Counted from the first letter of the stretch, positions 1 to 10,541 are shown. The stretch is 64,000 nt of DNA from an uncultured delta proteobacterium (GCA_963848295.1 CAWKDB010000010.1:3168001-3232000), one strand, 5' to 3'. Notes: generated by a model not told the origin, from the letters alone. Numbers and translations are program-made.

Positions 1-268
1 AGGTGTCGGTCGTCATCAGCGCTTGGAACGCGGACCGGGTGCGCTCGAGGCAGCGCTCGGCGAGCGCCTGGAACACCGCGCGCTTGTCGGGAAAGAACTG
101 GTAGAGCGACCCGATCGCGCTGTCGGCGCCCTCGGCGATGTCCTCCATCGTGGCGGGATCGAACCCGCGGTCGGCGAACACCACCGCCGCGGCGTCGAGG
201 ATCGCCTCGTACCGGCGCTTGCTGCGCGCTTGGATCGGGACGCGGCGGCGCGGGGCAGCAGTTCTCAC
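1..268 (-). CDS. TetR/AcrR family transcriptional regulator (partial, runs off window start)
   Basis: Not in the ORF track. Manual translation from GTG at 268: MRTAAPRRRVPIQARSKRRYEAILDAAAVVFADRGFDPATMEDIAEGADSAIGSLYQFFPDKRAV, a classic TetR N-terminal HTH. Confidence 0.9.
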   Translation of the reverse strand, partial: MRTAAPRRRVPIQARSKRRYEAILDAAAVVFADRGFDPATMEDIAEGADSAIGSLYQFFPDKRAVFQALAERCLERTRSAFQALMTTDT

Positions 269-325
269 TTGACAATAATATGAGGAGATCCTCATATTCG
301 TCAAATATGAGGGTGCCCTCAGATA
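269..325. promoter_or_regulatory. Divergent promoter region with two TetR-type operators
   Basis: TTGACA at 269-274; perfect palindrome AATATGAGGA-GA-TCCTCATATT (277-298); near-copy AATATGAGGG-TG-CCCTCAGATA (304-325). Lies between tetR and the divergent gene; AGGAG RBS at 332-336. Confidence 0.8.
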
Positions 326-342
326 TAAGCCAGGAGTCATCG

Positions 343-1173
343 ATGTTGTCGCCCGAGGTCTCGTCGCCATCTGCATCGCCACCCGCGTCCGCGCTCACCG
401 CTCGCCCCAGCGATCCATCGCGCTATCCGTCCGACGTCGATCTGCGCGGTTACGATCGCGCGCAGTCGTTCGCGAAGCTCGCGGCGGCGACGATCGCGGC
501 GCGCGTCGAGGTCGGCATGTCCGAAGCCGACGCGACCGCGGTGACCAAGCAGGTGTTTCGCGACCTCGGCATCCGCGACCACTGGCACATGCCGGTGATC
601 GGCGCCGGGCCGGGCAGCACGAAGTTCACGAGCGCCGGCCGACTGCTGCGCAGCTTCGTCGGCGGCAAGAAGCGCATGGTGCGCGACGGTGACGTCCTGT
701 TCATCGATATCGCCCCGTTCTTCGAGGGCTATCCGTCCGACTTCACGCTCACGTATCTCTACGGCGACAACGATCGACTGCGCGAGCTGATCGATACGGT
801 GCTCGCGGTCACGCGCCGGATCTCGAACCACCTGCGGCAGGACATGCAGGCGAGCGACGCATGGCAGTGGATCCAGGCCGAGGTCGCGGCGAGCTGCTCG
901 TACGAGCTGATGCCTTTCCCGATCAGCCCGGTCGCGCATCGGTTCTGCAAGCTGCCCGACCACTGGCGGCCATTTCGCGAAGTCGGCACGATCCATTTGT
1001 TCCTGATGGGATCGCCGATCCTCGTGCGGCGCTCGAAGACCGCGATGCGCGGCCTGTGGGTCATCGAGCCCCTGCTCGTCGACCGGTCGCTCGATCGCGC
1101 CGCGAAGACCGAGGAGATCGCGTTCGTGACCGGCTCCGAGACCCTGATCTTTGGCGAGCAAGCGTTCTCGTGA
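343..1173 (+). CDS. M24 family (pita-bread fold) metallopeptidase-like protein
   Basis: Metal-ligand pattern FIDIAP..GYPSDFT, AHRF, WVIEP, AKTEE. ATG at 343 chosen because it follows AGGAG. Confidence 0.75.
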   Translation: MLSPEVSSPSASPPASALTARPSDPSRYPSDVDLRGYDRAQSFAKLAAATIAARVEVGMSEADATAVTKQVFRDLGIRDHWHMPVIGAGPGSTKFTSAGRLLRSFVGGKKRMVRDGDVLFIDIAPFFEGYPSDFTLTYLYGDNDRLRELIDTVLAVTRRISNHLRQDMQASDAWQWIQAEVAASCSYELMPFPISPVAHRFCKLPDHWRPFREVGTIHLFLMGSPILVRRSKTAMRGLWVIEPLLVDRSLDRAAKTEEIAFVTGSETLIFGEQAFS

Positions 1174-1195
1174 CCGCTTACGATGGAGCCGGACG

Positions 1196-3883
1196 ATGAG
1201 ACGTTGGCTAGGTTGCCTGCTGCTGTGCGCCGCGTGCGGAGACAACACGCGCCCGGTGGTCGACTTGCCGGGCGACGAGCTGGCGCTGCGCGCGAAGCTA
1301 GGCATCCCGAGCTATGCGAAGCGCGTGATCGTGTTCGGCCAGAACGCGCACCTCGACATCGATTGGCAGCACACGTTCGACGACTACTATTCGCTCTACG
1401 TCGACGACGTCTTCGGGCAGGCACAGCAGATTCTCGGCGACCAGCCGCGCGCGTTCTACAGCGTCGCCGAGATGGCGTACTTGCAGCAGTACGTCGCGAC
1501 CCACCCGGATCAGCTCAGCGCGCTCCAGGCGGCGGTCGCATCCGGCCAGCTGCACGTCGTCGGCGGTGGGATGACGAGCCCCGATACGCTGTTGCCGGAG
1601 ACCGAGCTGCTCGCGCGCGATTTTCTCTACGGCGTCGAGTTCGCCGAAGATCAGCTCGGCGCGCACCCGCAGGCGGCATGGTTGCCGGATTCATTCGGCC
1701 ACGGCGCCGCGGCGCCCGATCTGCTCGCTGCCGCCGGGTTCACGAGCGTCGCGATGTCGCGCATCGACGGCGCGCCGGATCTCCTCGACGAGGTGCTCGA
1801 CCGCCGGACCACGCCGCTGCCCGATTCGACCGCCGATCAACTCGCCGCGATCGGCAGCGCCGACTTTTTGTGGCGCGGCGCCGGCGGCGCGACGATCCTC
1901 GCGCACTACCTCGCGGGCAGCGGGCTGTACTGCCAGGGCGACAACCTCGACTACAACGAGCTGCTCGAGCTACCCGGCGGTCACCTCGGGCCGTTCAAGG
2001 GCAACGATCCGACGTTTACCGATGCGTCGATCGATCGCTACATCTCCGAGCTCGCGCCATACGCGCAGACGCCGTACATGTTCGTGCCGGTCGGCTGCGA
2101 TTTCGCGTCGCCGAAGGAGCAGCTGATCAGTTACCTCGACGGCTACAACGAGCGCAGCGACTCGGGCGTCTACGCGGTCGCCGCGCCGTTCGACGACTAC
2201 GCGAGCCTCGTCGGATTTCACCGCGATGCGTTGCCGACGATCGATCACGAGCTGTCGCCGTACTTCATGGGCTTTTTCGGCAGTCGCGCGGACATCAAGC
2301 GCCAGACCCGCGACGCCGCGCGCCCGTTCTTCGTCGCCGAGACGTTCGCGCCGTTGCTCGGCGCCGCCGGCGCGGCGATCACCTCCGCCGCCGCTCCGGC
2401 GCTGACCCAGCTGACGCGCACCGACCATCACGACTTCGTGACCGGGACGTCGGCGGATCCGGTGGTCGCTTCCGAGCAGATGCCGCTGCTCGCCGCCGCG
2501 CAAGCTGCCGGAGATGCGGCGCTCGCCCAGGTCGCGGCGGGGCTGTCGGCGGCGATGCCCGAGACTGCCGGTACGGTCGCTCGGTCGCTCGCGCTGAATG
2601 CGGCGAGCGCGGCGCAGACCGCCGTGACCGAGCTCGACGTCGCGACGACGGGCGGCGCGGTGCCGGCCGTGCACGCGGTCGCCGACGGCCAGGCGCTGCC
2701 GCTCGAGCTGATCGAGCCGCCGTCCGCGACGCTCGCGCGGTTCCGCACCGAGGTCGACGTCGGACCTTTTGGCTGGCAGGCGATCGACGTCGTGCCCGGC
2801 GCGATGGCACCGCCGCCGCCCGCGGTGACGTTGCAGCTGCTCGACGGCACCGGCGCGCCGACGACCGGCGCCGCGATCGCGCGCGTCGTGCTCGCGAACA
2901 GCCACGTCACCGCGACGTGGGCGATCGCGAACGGCTCGTTCGCGATGGTCTCGCTCGTGATCGATGGCAACGAAGCGCTCGCGCAGCCGTCGCTCGTGGT
3001 CGCGGACTACGCCGATCAGGGTGGGCTGTGGCGGCTCGGCAACGAGATGCCGGGCTGCACGCTCACGCCGCAGCCGGCGATGCCGGCGGTCGAGACCGTG
3101 CAGGTGCTCGAGCAAGGCGCACTGCGCGCGCGCGTCGCGTTCGTCGGCGCGGACGCCACGCGCGAGGTCGCGCTCGATGCCGACGCCGACGCGATCGATC
3201 TCGCGCTCGTCACCGGCGCGGCCGAGGCCACGACCCGCACCGCCGCGTTTCACTTCGCGGTCGATCCGAGCGCGACCCTCTCGACGTCCGTGCCGGGAGG
3301 TTGGACCGACCGGCCGGCGGAGCGCGTCTACACGCCGACGTTCTGGGCGGCGGTCGGCTGGGCCCGCGTCGGCGGCTGGGCGGTGCTGTTGCGGCAATCG
3401 ACCGGCGCGCGGATGGACACGCCCGGTGCGCTCGAGCTGATGGCCGCGCGCGATGCGCGGTCGGAGCAGTGCGATATCGAGGGCGGCAGCGGCTCCGATC
3501 CGGGGACGCATCGGATCGAATGGCGGATCGCGCCGGCGGGCGATGCGCTCGCGGCCGAGCTCGCGGCCCAGGCGTTCGACCGCCCGGTCGAGCTGATCGC
3601 GACGACCGGCGCGGGCAGCGGGCTCGCGACGAGCGGCAGCTTGGCATCGATCAGCGGCGGCGGCGTGATCTCGGCGATCAAGCCAGCCGAGCGCGGGCCC
3701 GGCGTGATCGTGCGCGCTCAGCTCGTCACCGGCGCCGCGACGGTCCAGCTATCATCCGCGTTGCCCCACAGCTCGATCACGTCGACCGATCTGGTCGAGC
3801 GCGATCTCGCCCCGCGGGTCGCGAGCGATCACGTTCTATTCGCGCCATCGGATGGTGCGCTCCAGACCGTGCGCTTGCAGTGA
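1196..3883 (+). CDS. Glycoside hydrolase family 38 (alpha-mannosidase-like) lipoprotein
   Basis: NAHLDIDW, AWLPDSFGH and HHDFVTGT GH38 motifs; lipobox-like LLCAAC signal peptide. Confidence 0.8.
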   Translation: MRRWLGCLLLCAACGDNTRPVVDLPGDELALRAKLGIPSYAKRVIVFGQNAHLDIDWQHTFDDYYSLYVDDVFGQAQQILGDQPRAFYSVAEMAYLQQYVATHPDQLSALQAAVASGQLHVVGGGMTSPDTLLPETELLARDFLYGVEFAEDQLGAHPQAAWLPDSFGHGAAAPDLLAAAGFTSVAMSRIDGAPDLLDEVLDRRTTPLPDSTADQLAAIGSADFLWRGAGGATILAHYLAGSGLYCQGDNLDYNELLELPGGHLGPFKGNDPTFTDASIDRYISELAPYAQTPYMFVPVGCDFASPKEQLISYLDGYNERSDSGVYAVAAPFDDYASLVGFHRDALPTIDHELSPYFMGFFGSRADIKRQTRDAARPFFVAETFAPLLGAAGAAITSAAAPALTQLTRTDHHDFVTGTSADPVVASEQMPLLAAAQAAGDAALAQVAAGLSAAMPETAGTVARSLALNAASAAQTAVTELDVATTGGAVPAVHAVADGQALPLELIEPPSATLARFRTEVDVGPFGWQAIDVVPGAMAPPPPAVTLQLLDGTGAPTTGAAIARVVLANSHVTATWAIANGSFAMVSLVIDGNEALAQPSLVVADYADQGGLWRLGNEMPGCTLTPQPAMPAVETVQVLEQGALRARVAFVGADATREVALDADADAIDLALVTGAAEATTRTAAFHFAVDPSATLSTSVPGGWTDRPAERVYTPTFWAAVGWARVGGWAVLLRQSTGARMDTPGALELMAARDARSEQCDIEGGSGSDPGTHRIEWRIAPAGDALAAELAAQAFDRPVELIATTGAGSGLATSGSLASISGGGVISAIKPAERGPGVIVRAQLVTGAATVQLSSALPHSSITSTDLVERDLAPRVASDHVLFAPSDGALQTVRLQ

Positions 3884-4162
3884 GCGGCTACGCGCCGTAG
3901 GCGTCGGCGATGAAGTGGCCGAGCGCGGTGGCATCGAGGCAGATCGCGCGATGACCGACGCCTAAGGGCGTGAGCGCGGCGCGATCCAGCGCAGCGGGCC
4001 GCGATGAACGCGCTCGTACTGATCGTTCGAGATCGGGCCGCCATCGACGAGCTCGGCGCCATCACTGCGAATCGCGATCGGATCTTCGAGCACCACCGGC
4101 TCGCGCGCACCACGGTAGAGCTCGATGTCCACGCCGGGACGCAAGTAGCGAATCGCGAAGAT

Positions 4163-4963
4163 CTACTCGGGCTCGGGCTCGGGCTCGGGCGCGAGATCGA
4201 CCGACGGCAGCTCCACCGCGCGCGGCGTCCACCGCTTGTTGCGGACGTAGATCGAATTCGCCATCCCGAACACCGACAGCGTGCGGATGAACATCCAGCC
4301 GACATCGACCTCCCACCACTTCATCGCGAACTTCGCGGAGCGCGGCCAGCGGTGGTGGTTGTTGTGGAGCTCTTCGCCGCTGCAGATCACCGCGACCGGC
4401 ATGATGTTGCGGCTGGTGTCCTTGGTGTCGAAGTTGCGATAGCCGAGCACGTGACCCACGCCGTTGATGAAACCGGCGGCCCACAGCGACACCCAGATGA
4501 TCTGCACGGCGTACGCGAACAAGCCGTACCAGCCGAACAGCAACAGATCCAAGCCGAGCATCAACAGCAGCCCGAGGTTGTCGTGCTTGTCGTAGACGTT
4601 GCGTTCGAGCCAATCGTTCGGGCAGTTGTCCCCGCCGTACTTCTCGATCGTCGCTTTGTTCATCGCCTCGCGGCGATAGTAGAAGTAGCCGAGGAAAAAG
4701 ATCTTCGCGAGCCCGTGCTGTGCGGGGGAGTGCGGATCCTCCGGTAGGTCGGTGAACGCGTGATGCTTGCGATGGACCGCGACCCAGCGGCGGGTCGGCG
4801 TACCGGTCGCGAACCACAACCAGAACCGCATGAAGTGCGCGACGATCGGATGCAGCGTCACGGCGCGATGCGCGATCGAGCGGTGGGCGTAGACGCTCAG
4901 GCAAAAGATCGCGAGCCAGCCACCGAGCGCGGAGACCACCAGTGGCCAGATGAAGTGCGACAT
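4163..4963 (-). CDS. Membrane fatty acid (acyl-CoA/lipid, delta-9 type) desaturase
   Basis: Three His boxes HRSIAH, HRKHH, HNNHH; WWEVDVGW motif; low-complexity PEPEPE tail. Confidence 0.92.
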   Translation of the reverse strand: MSHFIWPLVVSALGGWLAIFCLSVYAHRSIAHRAVTLHPIVAHFMRFWLWFATGTPTRRWVAVHRKHHAFTDLPEDPHSPAQHGLAKIFFLGYFYYRREAMNKATIEKYGGDNCPNDWLERNVYDKHDNLGLLLMLGLDLLLFGWYGLFAYAVQIIWVSLWAAGFINGVGHVLGYRNFDTKDTSRNIMPVAVICSGEELHNNHHRWPRSAKFAMKWWEVDVGWMFIRTLSVFGMANSIYVRNKRWTPRAVELPSVDLAPEPEPEPE

Positions 4964-5017
4964 CGTTAGTAGGCGGCACCTTAGCCCGAGGTCGGCGTGG
5001 TTTCCAACCCGAGACGG

Positions 5018-6913
5018 TCAGCGATAGCCGGCGGCCTGCAAGCTGAACAACGTCGCGTACCTACCGTTCGCGGCGACCAGCTGTTCGTGCGAGCCGCGCT
5101 CGGTGATCTTGCCGTGGTCGAGCACGATGATCTGGTCGGCCATCCGCACGGTCGAGAATCGGTGCGAGATGACGATCGCGATCTTGTCGTCGGTGAGCTC
5201 GCGAAAGCGATCGAAGATCTTCACTTCGGCTTCGGCGTCCATAGACGCGGTCGGCTCGTCGAGCACGAGCACGTCGGCGTCGCGCCGCATGAACGAGCGG
5301 GCGAGCGCGACCTTCTGCCATTGCCCGAGCGACAGCTCGCGACCGCCTTTGAACCACTTGCCGAGCTGGGTGTCGTACTCGCCTGGCAGCGTGACGATGA
5401 ACGGCTTCGCGAGGCCGCGCTCGGCCGCGTCGTCCCAGCGTGAGCGGTCGTCGTACGCGCGGTCGTCACCCGCGCCGATGTTCTCGCCGACCTTCATTTG
5501 ATAGCGCGCGAAGTCCTGGAAGATCACGCCGACGCGGCGATGCAGCGCCGGCGGCGACCATTCGCGCAGGTCGCGCCCGTCGAGCAGGATCCGCCCGGTC
5601 GTCGGTTCGTACAGGCGCGTCAGCAGCTTGATCAGCGTGGTCTTGCCCGAACCGTTCTCGCCGACGATCGCGAGCTTCGAGCCCGGCCGGATGTGCAGGT
5701 CGATGTCGGTGAGCGCGTGCTCGTTCGAGCCGGGGTAGACGAACGAGACGTGCTCGAACCGGACGCCGTCGCCCGGATCGGGGCCGACGGTCGCGTCGCC
5801 CGGCGGCGTGATCGTCTTGGTGTCGAGGAACTCGTACAGGTTCGACAAGTACAGGTTGTCCTCGTACATGCCGCCGATGTCGCCGAGCGCGCTCGCCAGC
5901 GCCGACTGCCCTTGCTTGAACACGAGCACGTACATCGTCATCGCGCCGATCGACAGCGTCTTGCTGATCGTCGCGTAGGCGATCCACAGGTACATGCCGT
6001 AGAACGCGATCTGACCGAGCGCGCCGAGCACGAGCGCCCACACGCCGCGCTTGATCGCGATCGCGCGATCGCCGGCGTACAGCTTGTCGAAGATCGCGCG
6101 GTAACGATCGAGGAAGCGCGGGCCGAGCCCGAACAGCTTGACCTCTTTCGCGTACGCGTCGGTCGCGAGCACGGCCTCGACGTAGAGCTGCTCGCGGGTC
6201 TCCGGCGTGCGCCAGCGCGATAGCCGGAACGCGTCGCCGGAGAACTTGAGCTCGCTGATGAACGGCGGGATCGCGGCCGCGACGAGCACGGCGAGCGCGA
6301 TCGGCGAGAAGGCCGCGAGCAAGCCGCCGAGGCCGATCAACGTGATGATGCTCTGGCCGAGCTCGAACGTCTCGGACACGAGCGACAGCGGCCGCGACGA
6401 GGCCTCGCGCCGCGCGCGAGTCAGCTTGTCGTAGAGCTCGGAGTCTTCGAACTGGACGAGCTCGAGCGTGAGCGCCTTCTCGAGGATCTCGACGTTGATC
6501 CGCTGGCCGAGCTCTTGGCGCAGCAACGCGCGAAAGATCCCGAGCGCGCGAGCGGCGAGTGCCATCGCGATCACCAGGCCGAGCTCGGCGAGCACCCATT
6601 GCATCGCCGGGCCGCGCGCACCGCCGTGGTCGCGCGCGAACACGATCGCATCGACGAGCTGCTTGCCGACGTATGCGACGGCGGTCGGCAGCACGCCGGA
6701 GACCAAGCTGCCGAGCGCGAGTCCGAGCGTGAGCCGGCGATTCGTCGACCACACGAGCTTGATCGCGCGCTTGCTGTACTTGAACACGCCGAGGTAGCTG
6801 CGCCACGTCACCGGCTCGTCTGGCGCGGTGGGAGCCTTGCCCGCTTTGTGTGGATCGGTCCCGCTCGCGGCCGAGGTGGCCGCCGGAGCCCCTCCACGCG
6901 CGGCTGCGGTCAT
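5018..6913 (-). CDS. ABC exporter, fused permease/ATP-binding protein
   Basis: N-terminal TM helices; Walker A GENGSGKT, signature LSLGQWQ, Walker B LVLDEPT, SHRFSTV. Confidence 0.95.
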   Translation of the reverse strand: MTAAARGGAPAATSAASGTDPHKAGKAPTAPDEPVTWRSYLGVFKYSKRAIKLVWSTNRRLTLGLALGSLVSGVLPTAVAYVGKQLVDAIVFARDHGGARGPAMQWVLAELGLVIAMALAARALGIFRALLRQELGQRINVEILEKALTLELVQFEDSELYDKLTRARREASSRPLSLVSETFELGQSIITLIGLGGLLAAFSPIALAVLVAAAIPPFISELKFSGDAFRLSRWRTPETREQLYVEAVLATDAYAKEVKLFGLGPRFLDRYRAIFDKLYAGDRAIAIKRGVWALVLGALGQIAFYGMYLWIAYATISKTLSIGAMTMYVLVFKQGQSALASALGDIGGMYEDNLYLSNLYEFLDTKTITPPGDATVGPDPGDGVRFEHVSFVYPGSNEHALTDIDLHIRPGSKLAIVGENGSGKTTLIKLLTRLYEPTTGRILLDGRDLREWSPPALHRRVGVIFQDFARYQMKVGENIGAGDDRAYDDRSRWDDAAERGLAKPFIVTLPGEYDTQLGKWFKGGRELSLGQWQKVALARSFMRRDADVLVLDEPTASMDAEAEVKIFDRFRELTDDKIAIVISHRFSTVRMADQIIVLDHGKITERGSHEQLVAANGRYATLFSLQAAGYR

Positions 6914-6988
6914 GGCGTTCACTGTAATGCGGGCGTCGGGTTTGTGCCCGCATCGAGGCCCAGGCTTTCGGGTAGGTCGTCGCGGTCG

Positions 6989-7867
6989 CTAGGCCTTCGT
7001 GACTCGCGGTGCGGAGTACTGCTTCGCCAGCTTCTCGAGATCGTCGCGGTCCTCGCTCGGGACCTTGGCCTTGGCGGCGCGCAGCACCTTCGCGACCGCA
7101 GCGCGCGTCGCCGGCTCGATCTCGAATGCGTGGTCGAGCTGTGCGAGCACCTCGAGGCGCGGATTGTCGGTCGCGGCATGCGCGAGCGCGACCTCGATCG
7201 TCTTCGGTACCAGCGCGACGCATGCGTCCTTCATCGTGACGATGGCCTCGGCTGCCATCCACCAGGTCTTCGCGGTCGGCGTGATCGCGGCGTCGAGCGC
7301 GGCGCAAACGGCGGGCTTGTCGTCGAGCTGGATGAGCGCGACGTTGATCGCCGTGGACTGCATCGGCGAGTCGTCGAGTCGGAGCGCATCGAGTGCCAGT
7401 TGTTGCGCGGCCGGCGGCGGCTTCGGTCCGCTGCCGATCAGGTACGACGGGAACAGCGAGTCGAGCAGATGCGATGCCGCGGTCGCGGTCTGCGGACCGA
7501 CCGACAGCTTCCTGATGTCAGCGATGACGCGGTCGGCTTGGTTCGCGGTCACCGCTTCGCCGTTCATGATCCCCCACGCGATCTCCTGTTGGACGGCGGG
7601 AACCTTCTCGGCTTCTACCGCGTCGAGCCCCCACGCGAACACCTTCGTCTGGGTCACCGCGTTGAAGCCGTAGAGACACTGCGCGGCGAGCAGCCGCTTG
7701 ACCTGATCGGGATCCGCCAAGAATACGGCGCAGGTCTCCGCCGCGTCTTCCGAGCCTTGGTGCTGGAACGCGTACTCGTGGATCGCCTTGTACTCGGCAC
7801 AATCGAGCGGCAGCGTACCGTCACTGCCGAGCTTGCACGCCGAGCCCTTCGCGAGCATATCGTTCCA
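6989..7867 (-). CDS. Hypothetical alpha-helical protein, probably 5'-truncated
   Basis: Long ORF with host-like codon usage; upstream of about 7866 the sequence switches into the four-helix-bundle pseudogene. Confidence 0.55.
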   Translation of the reverse strand, partial: WNDMLAKGSACKLGSDGTLPLDCAEYKAIHEYAFQHQGSEDAAETCAVFLADPDQVKRLLAAQCLYGFNAVTQTKVFAWGLDAVEAEKVPAVQQEIAWGIMNGEAVTANQADRVIADIRKLSVGPQTATAASHLLDSLFPSYLIGSGPKPPPAAQQLALDALRLDDSPMQSTAINVALIQLDDKPAVCAALDAAITPTAKTWWMAAEAIVTMKDACVALVPKTIEVALAHAATDNPRLEVLAQLDHAFEIEPATRAAVAKVLRAAKAKVPSEDRDDLEKLAKQYSAPRVTKA

Positions 7868-8182
7868 TCGCCACGATGCCTTCAAGTAGATCGATGCCGC
7901 GCGCGTAGGTCGTCTCGCCGACCAACTTCAGGACTCGCATCGTGTCCAAAGCCGCTGCGGCCTCCATCGCGGAGCCGCGCGCGTGCGTGTAGAAGCGAGC
8001 CTGATCGAGGTTCGTGCGACGACCCGCACCCTCGGCGATGTTACGAGGTTGCGACTGCCGGCGCGGACCAGCTGATCGGCAAGCTCGGCATGACCCTTCG
8101 GAAGCTCGCCGATGATCTCCAGTGCCAGCGCGAGGAACTCGATCGACCGTTGATCGACGCGAAGCTTCTGGAAGCTGAGCAT
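7866..8182 (-). pseudogene. Four-helix-bundle (23S rRNA IVS-like) protein, frameshifted and 3'-clipped
   Basis: MLSFQKLRVDQRSIEFLALALEIIGELPKGHAELADQLVRAG, then a frame change near 8050 into RNIAEGAGRRTNLDQARFYTHARGSAMEAAAALDTMRVLKLVGETTYARGIDLLEGIVAM; the NIAEG and ARGSA.E family motifs are present. Confidence 0.8.
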
Positions 8183-8274
8183 GACCGGGCTATCGGCCAC
8201 ACAACTCTGGAGTTGCGCCGTCAACGACAACGTCTATCGTGGCGATGCTCACCAAGATGACCTGATCGGGTCGA

Positions 8275-8905
8275 CCGCTTGCCCGCGTGCGCAGTACGCA
8301 ACATCATAGATGAGACCGGCCGGGAACTCGTCGAGACTGGTCACCACGAAGCGCGGATTCTCGCCGCGGTGGCTGTGCTCGACCTTGCAGATCACGTGGC
8401 GCTCGGCCGGCCAGGACTTCGAGGCGTACGACAGCCAGGTGAAGCGGCGAACAAACCGTTTGCCGTCGAGGAATTCCTCTTCGACCGAGGACCGCAGCGG
8501 CTTGGCAAACTCGAGCAGTCGCGAATTCTTCGCGACGCCGATCACGTATTCGACGTCACCGAGTTCGGCGTCGAGCTGCTCGAGCTGGTCGAGGAGCTTG
8601 GGCATCGCGAACGCAGAGTCGCCGCGCACCAGGATGCTTGCGTGGGGGCATCGTCGGCGAATCGCTCGAATCAACCGCGTGAGGATCGTGATCGCACCTT
8701 TGGCAGCGTGCGCACGCCCAGGCCGAAGGAGAGTGGTGATCAGCTGTCCGCTCAGAGCGTCGAACACGAGCAGCGGGTGAAGCATATGTTGGTCATAGAA
8801 GCCGTGGAAGCACATGAGCTCCTGATTGCCGTGGGTCTGGTCGTCGGTGGAATCGATGTCGAGCACGATCAGGTCGGTCGTCGACGCGAGCTCGTCGCCA
8901 AATTC
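8275..8905 (-). mobile_element. IS1380-family DDE transposase, internal fragment
   Basis: LDIDSTDDQTHGNQE, LRPG, LVRGDSAF, NPRFVVTSL and YCARGQA motifs. Stops before the catalytic E helix and lacks the N-terminus; no inverted repeats seen. Confidence 0.85.
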
Positions 8906-9019
8906 GTTTGTCTTCACAAACAGCGAAACCTGCGTACCGGCACCGAAATTCCGGCGATGCGCTCCTCACGGCGCGCTCCCTTCGCGAATGATCCGGGCTA
9001 GAGCCGTAGATTCCTTGGC

Positions 9020-10483
9020 GTGAGGGCCGCAACCGTCGTCGCTCTGGTCGCCCTGGTCGCGTGGGCGTTTTGGCGGCGGTGGACGATGCTCGACGCTTCG
9101 CCTTATCCGTTCGGGGTCGATGGTTATTATTATCCGATCCAGCTCCGGGCTCTGCTCGAGCACGGGTCGCTGCAGTATCCGGCGGCGCCGCTCGTGTTCT
9201 GGTTGCTCGCACCGTTCGCGGCGGTGACCGATCCGATCGTCGGTGCGAAGCTCGGCGCGGCGGTCGGTGGCGCGCTGGTCGCGTTGCCGGCGTATGGCAT
9301 CGGCTCGCGGCTCGGCAAGCATCGCGTGGCGGGACTGTTCGCGGCGGCGGTCGCGGCGGTGAGCGCGAGCTCGGAGTACATGACGACCGAGTTCATCAAG
9401 AACAGCGTCGGGCTGACGATCGGCCTGTGCGCGGTGTGGCTCGCGTTGCGGGCGTGCGAGCGACCGACGCGCGGGCGGATCGCGGCGGCGATCGCGGGGC
9501 TCGTCGCCGCCGGACTCGCTCACAAGATGGCGCTCGCGCTCGCGCTCGCCGCAGCGGTGCCGGCCGCGCTCGCCGAAGCGCACGCGCGCGGGGTGCTCGG
9601 TCGCGCCCGGCTCGCGGTCGCGATCGGGGTCGCGGTGCTCGGCTGCGCGTTCGCGGCGGCCGCGACCGGCGCGTTCGATCAGGTCGGCGCGCTGTGGTCG
9701 GCGACGCCCGTGTGGGACGCACCGGCGCTCGCGGGCCACCTCGTGTTCGATCACGAGGCGTTGATCGGCGGGTGTGTCGGGCTCGTGGTCGTCGCGTTGC
9801 TCGTGCCGCGAATCCGCCGCATGCTCGGCATCGCACTCCCGATGTCGGCGGGCGAGCGCGCCGTCGCGATCGTCGCCGCCGCCGCCGCGATCGCGATCGC
9901 TTGCCCGTGGCTCGCGGTCGACGACGCGCAGGGCCCGGGGTTTCGCCTCCGACTGATCGCGTTCGTGCCGCTCGCGCTGTGTGCGGGGATCGCGGTCGGT
10001 GCCGTGATCCCGAAGCTCGGGCGCGACGGCTGGCAGATCGCGGCGGCGTGCGCGCTCGGCCTCGTGATCCTCGCGCCCCGCGCGCGCGGCGAGGGCGTGA
10101 TCGGTACGGCGCCCGAGCTCGTCGCCGGTTGCACCGCGCTCGCCGGCCACATCCCCGAAGGTGCGACCGTCGTGGTCGCCGAGCGTCACGTCGAGTACAT
10201 GGCCGCGTGGTACGCGCGCGCGACCGTCACGCTGCACCCCGAGACCGTGGGCGCGGCGCATCGCGTCCGGTTGCTGCTCCCGAAGTCGCCGGCGACCGGG
10301 GGCCCGGCGCTCGTCCGCGCGCTGGAGCTCGCCCGCTCGACCCCGGGCGTCGGTCCGATCCTCGAGCTCCATCCGACCATCCCTGATGGGCTCGTGCTCG
10401 TCAGCGAGCCGACCTGGCGCTGGCTGCTCGCTCACATGCCGGCCGATGCGAGCGCGCGCTTCGCGGCGTGGCACACGATCTAA
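9020..10483 (+). CDS. Polytopic membrane protein, possibly GT-C-fold glycosyltransferase-like
   Basis: Many hydrophobic segments; GVDGYYY after the first TM resembles the GT-C luminal acidic motif (inference). Confidence 0.55.
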   Translation: MRAATVVALVALVAWAFWRRWTMLDASPYPFGVDGYYYPIQLRALLEHGSLQYPAAPLVFWLLAPFAAVTDPIVGAKLGAAVGGALVALPAYGIGSRLGKHRVAGLFAAAVAAVSASSEYMTTEFIKNSVGLTIGLCAVWLALRACERPTRGRIAAAIAGLVAAGLAHKMALALALAAAVPAALAEAHARGVLGRARLAVAIGVAVLGCAFAAAATGAFDQVGALWSATPVWDAPALAGHLVFDHEALIGGCVGLVVVALLVPRIRRMLGIALPMSAGERAVAIVAAAAAIAIACPWLAVDDAQGPGFRLRLIAFVPLALCAGIAVGAVIPKLGRDGWQIAAACALGLVILAPRARGEGVIGTAPELVAGCTALAGHIPEGATVVVAERHVEYMAAWYARATVTLHPETVGAAHRVRLLLPKSPATGGPALVRALELARSTPGVGPILELHPTIPDGLVLVSEPTWRWLLAHMPADASARFAAWHTI

Positions 10484-10541
10484 CATCGAGATCGAGGCTG
10501 GACCATCCGGAAAACCGTGGTCGAATTGGCTCGGGCCAACC

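Noticed and set aside
3884..4162. 10-bp inverted repeat TAGGCGTCGG/CCGACGCCTA (3898-3964) and a 60-aa minus-strand ORF
   Set aside because: Single copy with no recognisable family; could be a terminator or a gene relic, but cannot be supported.
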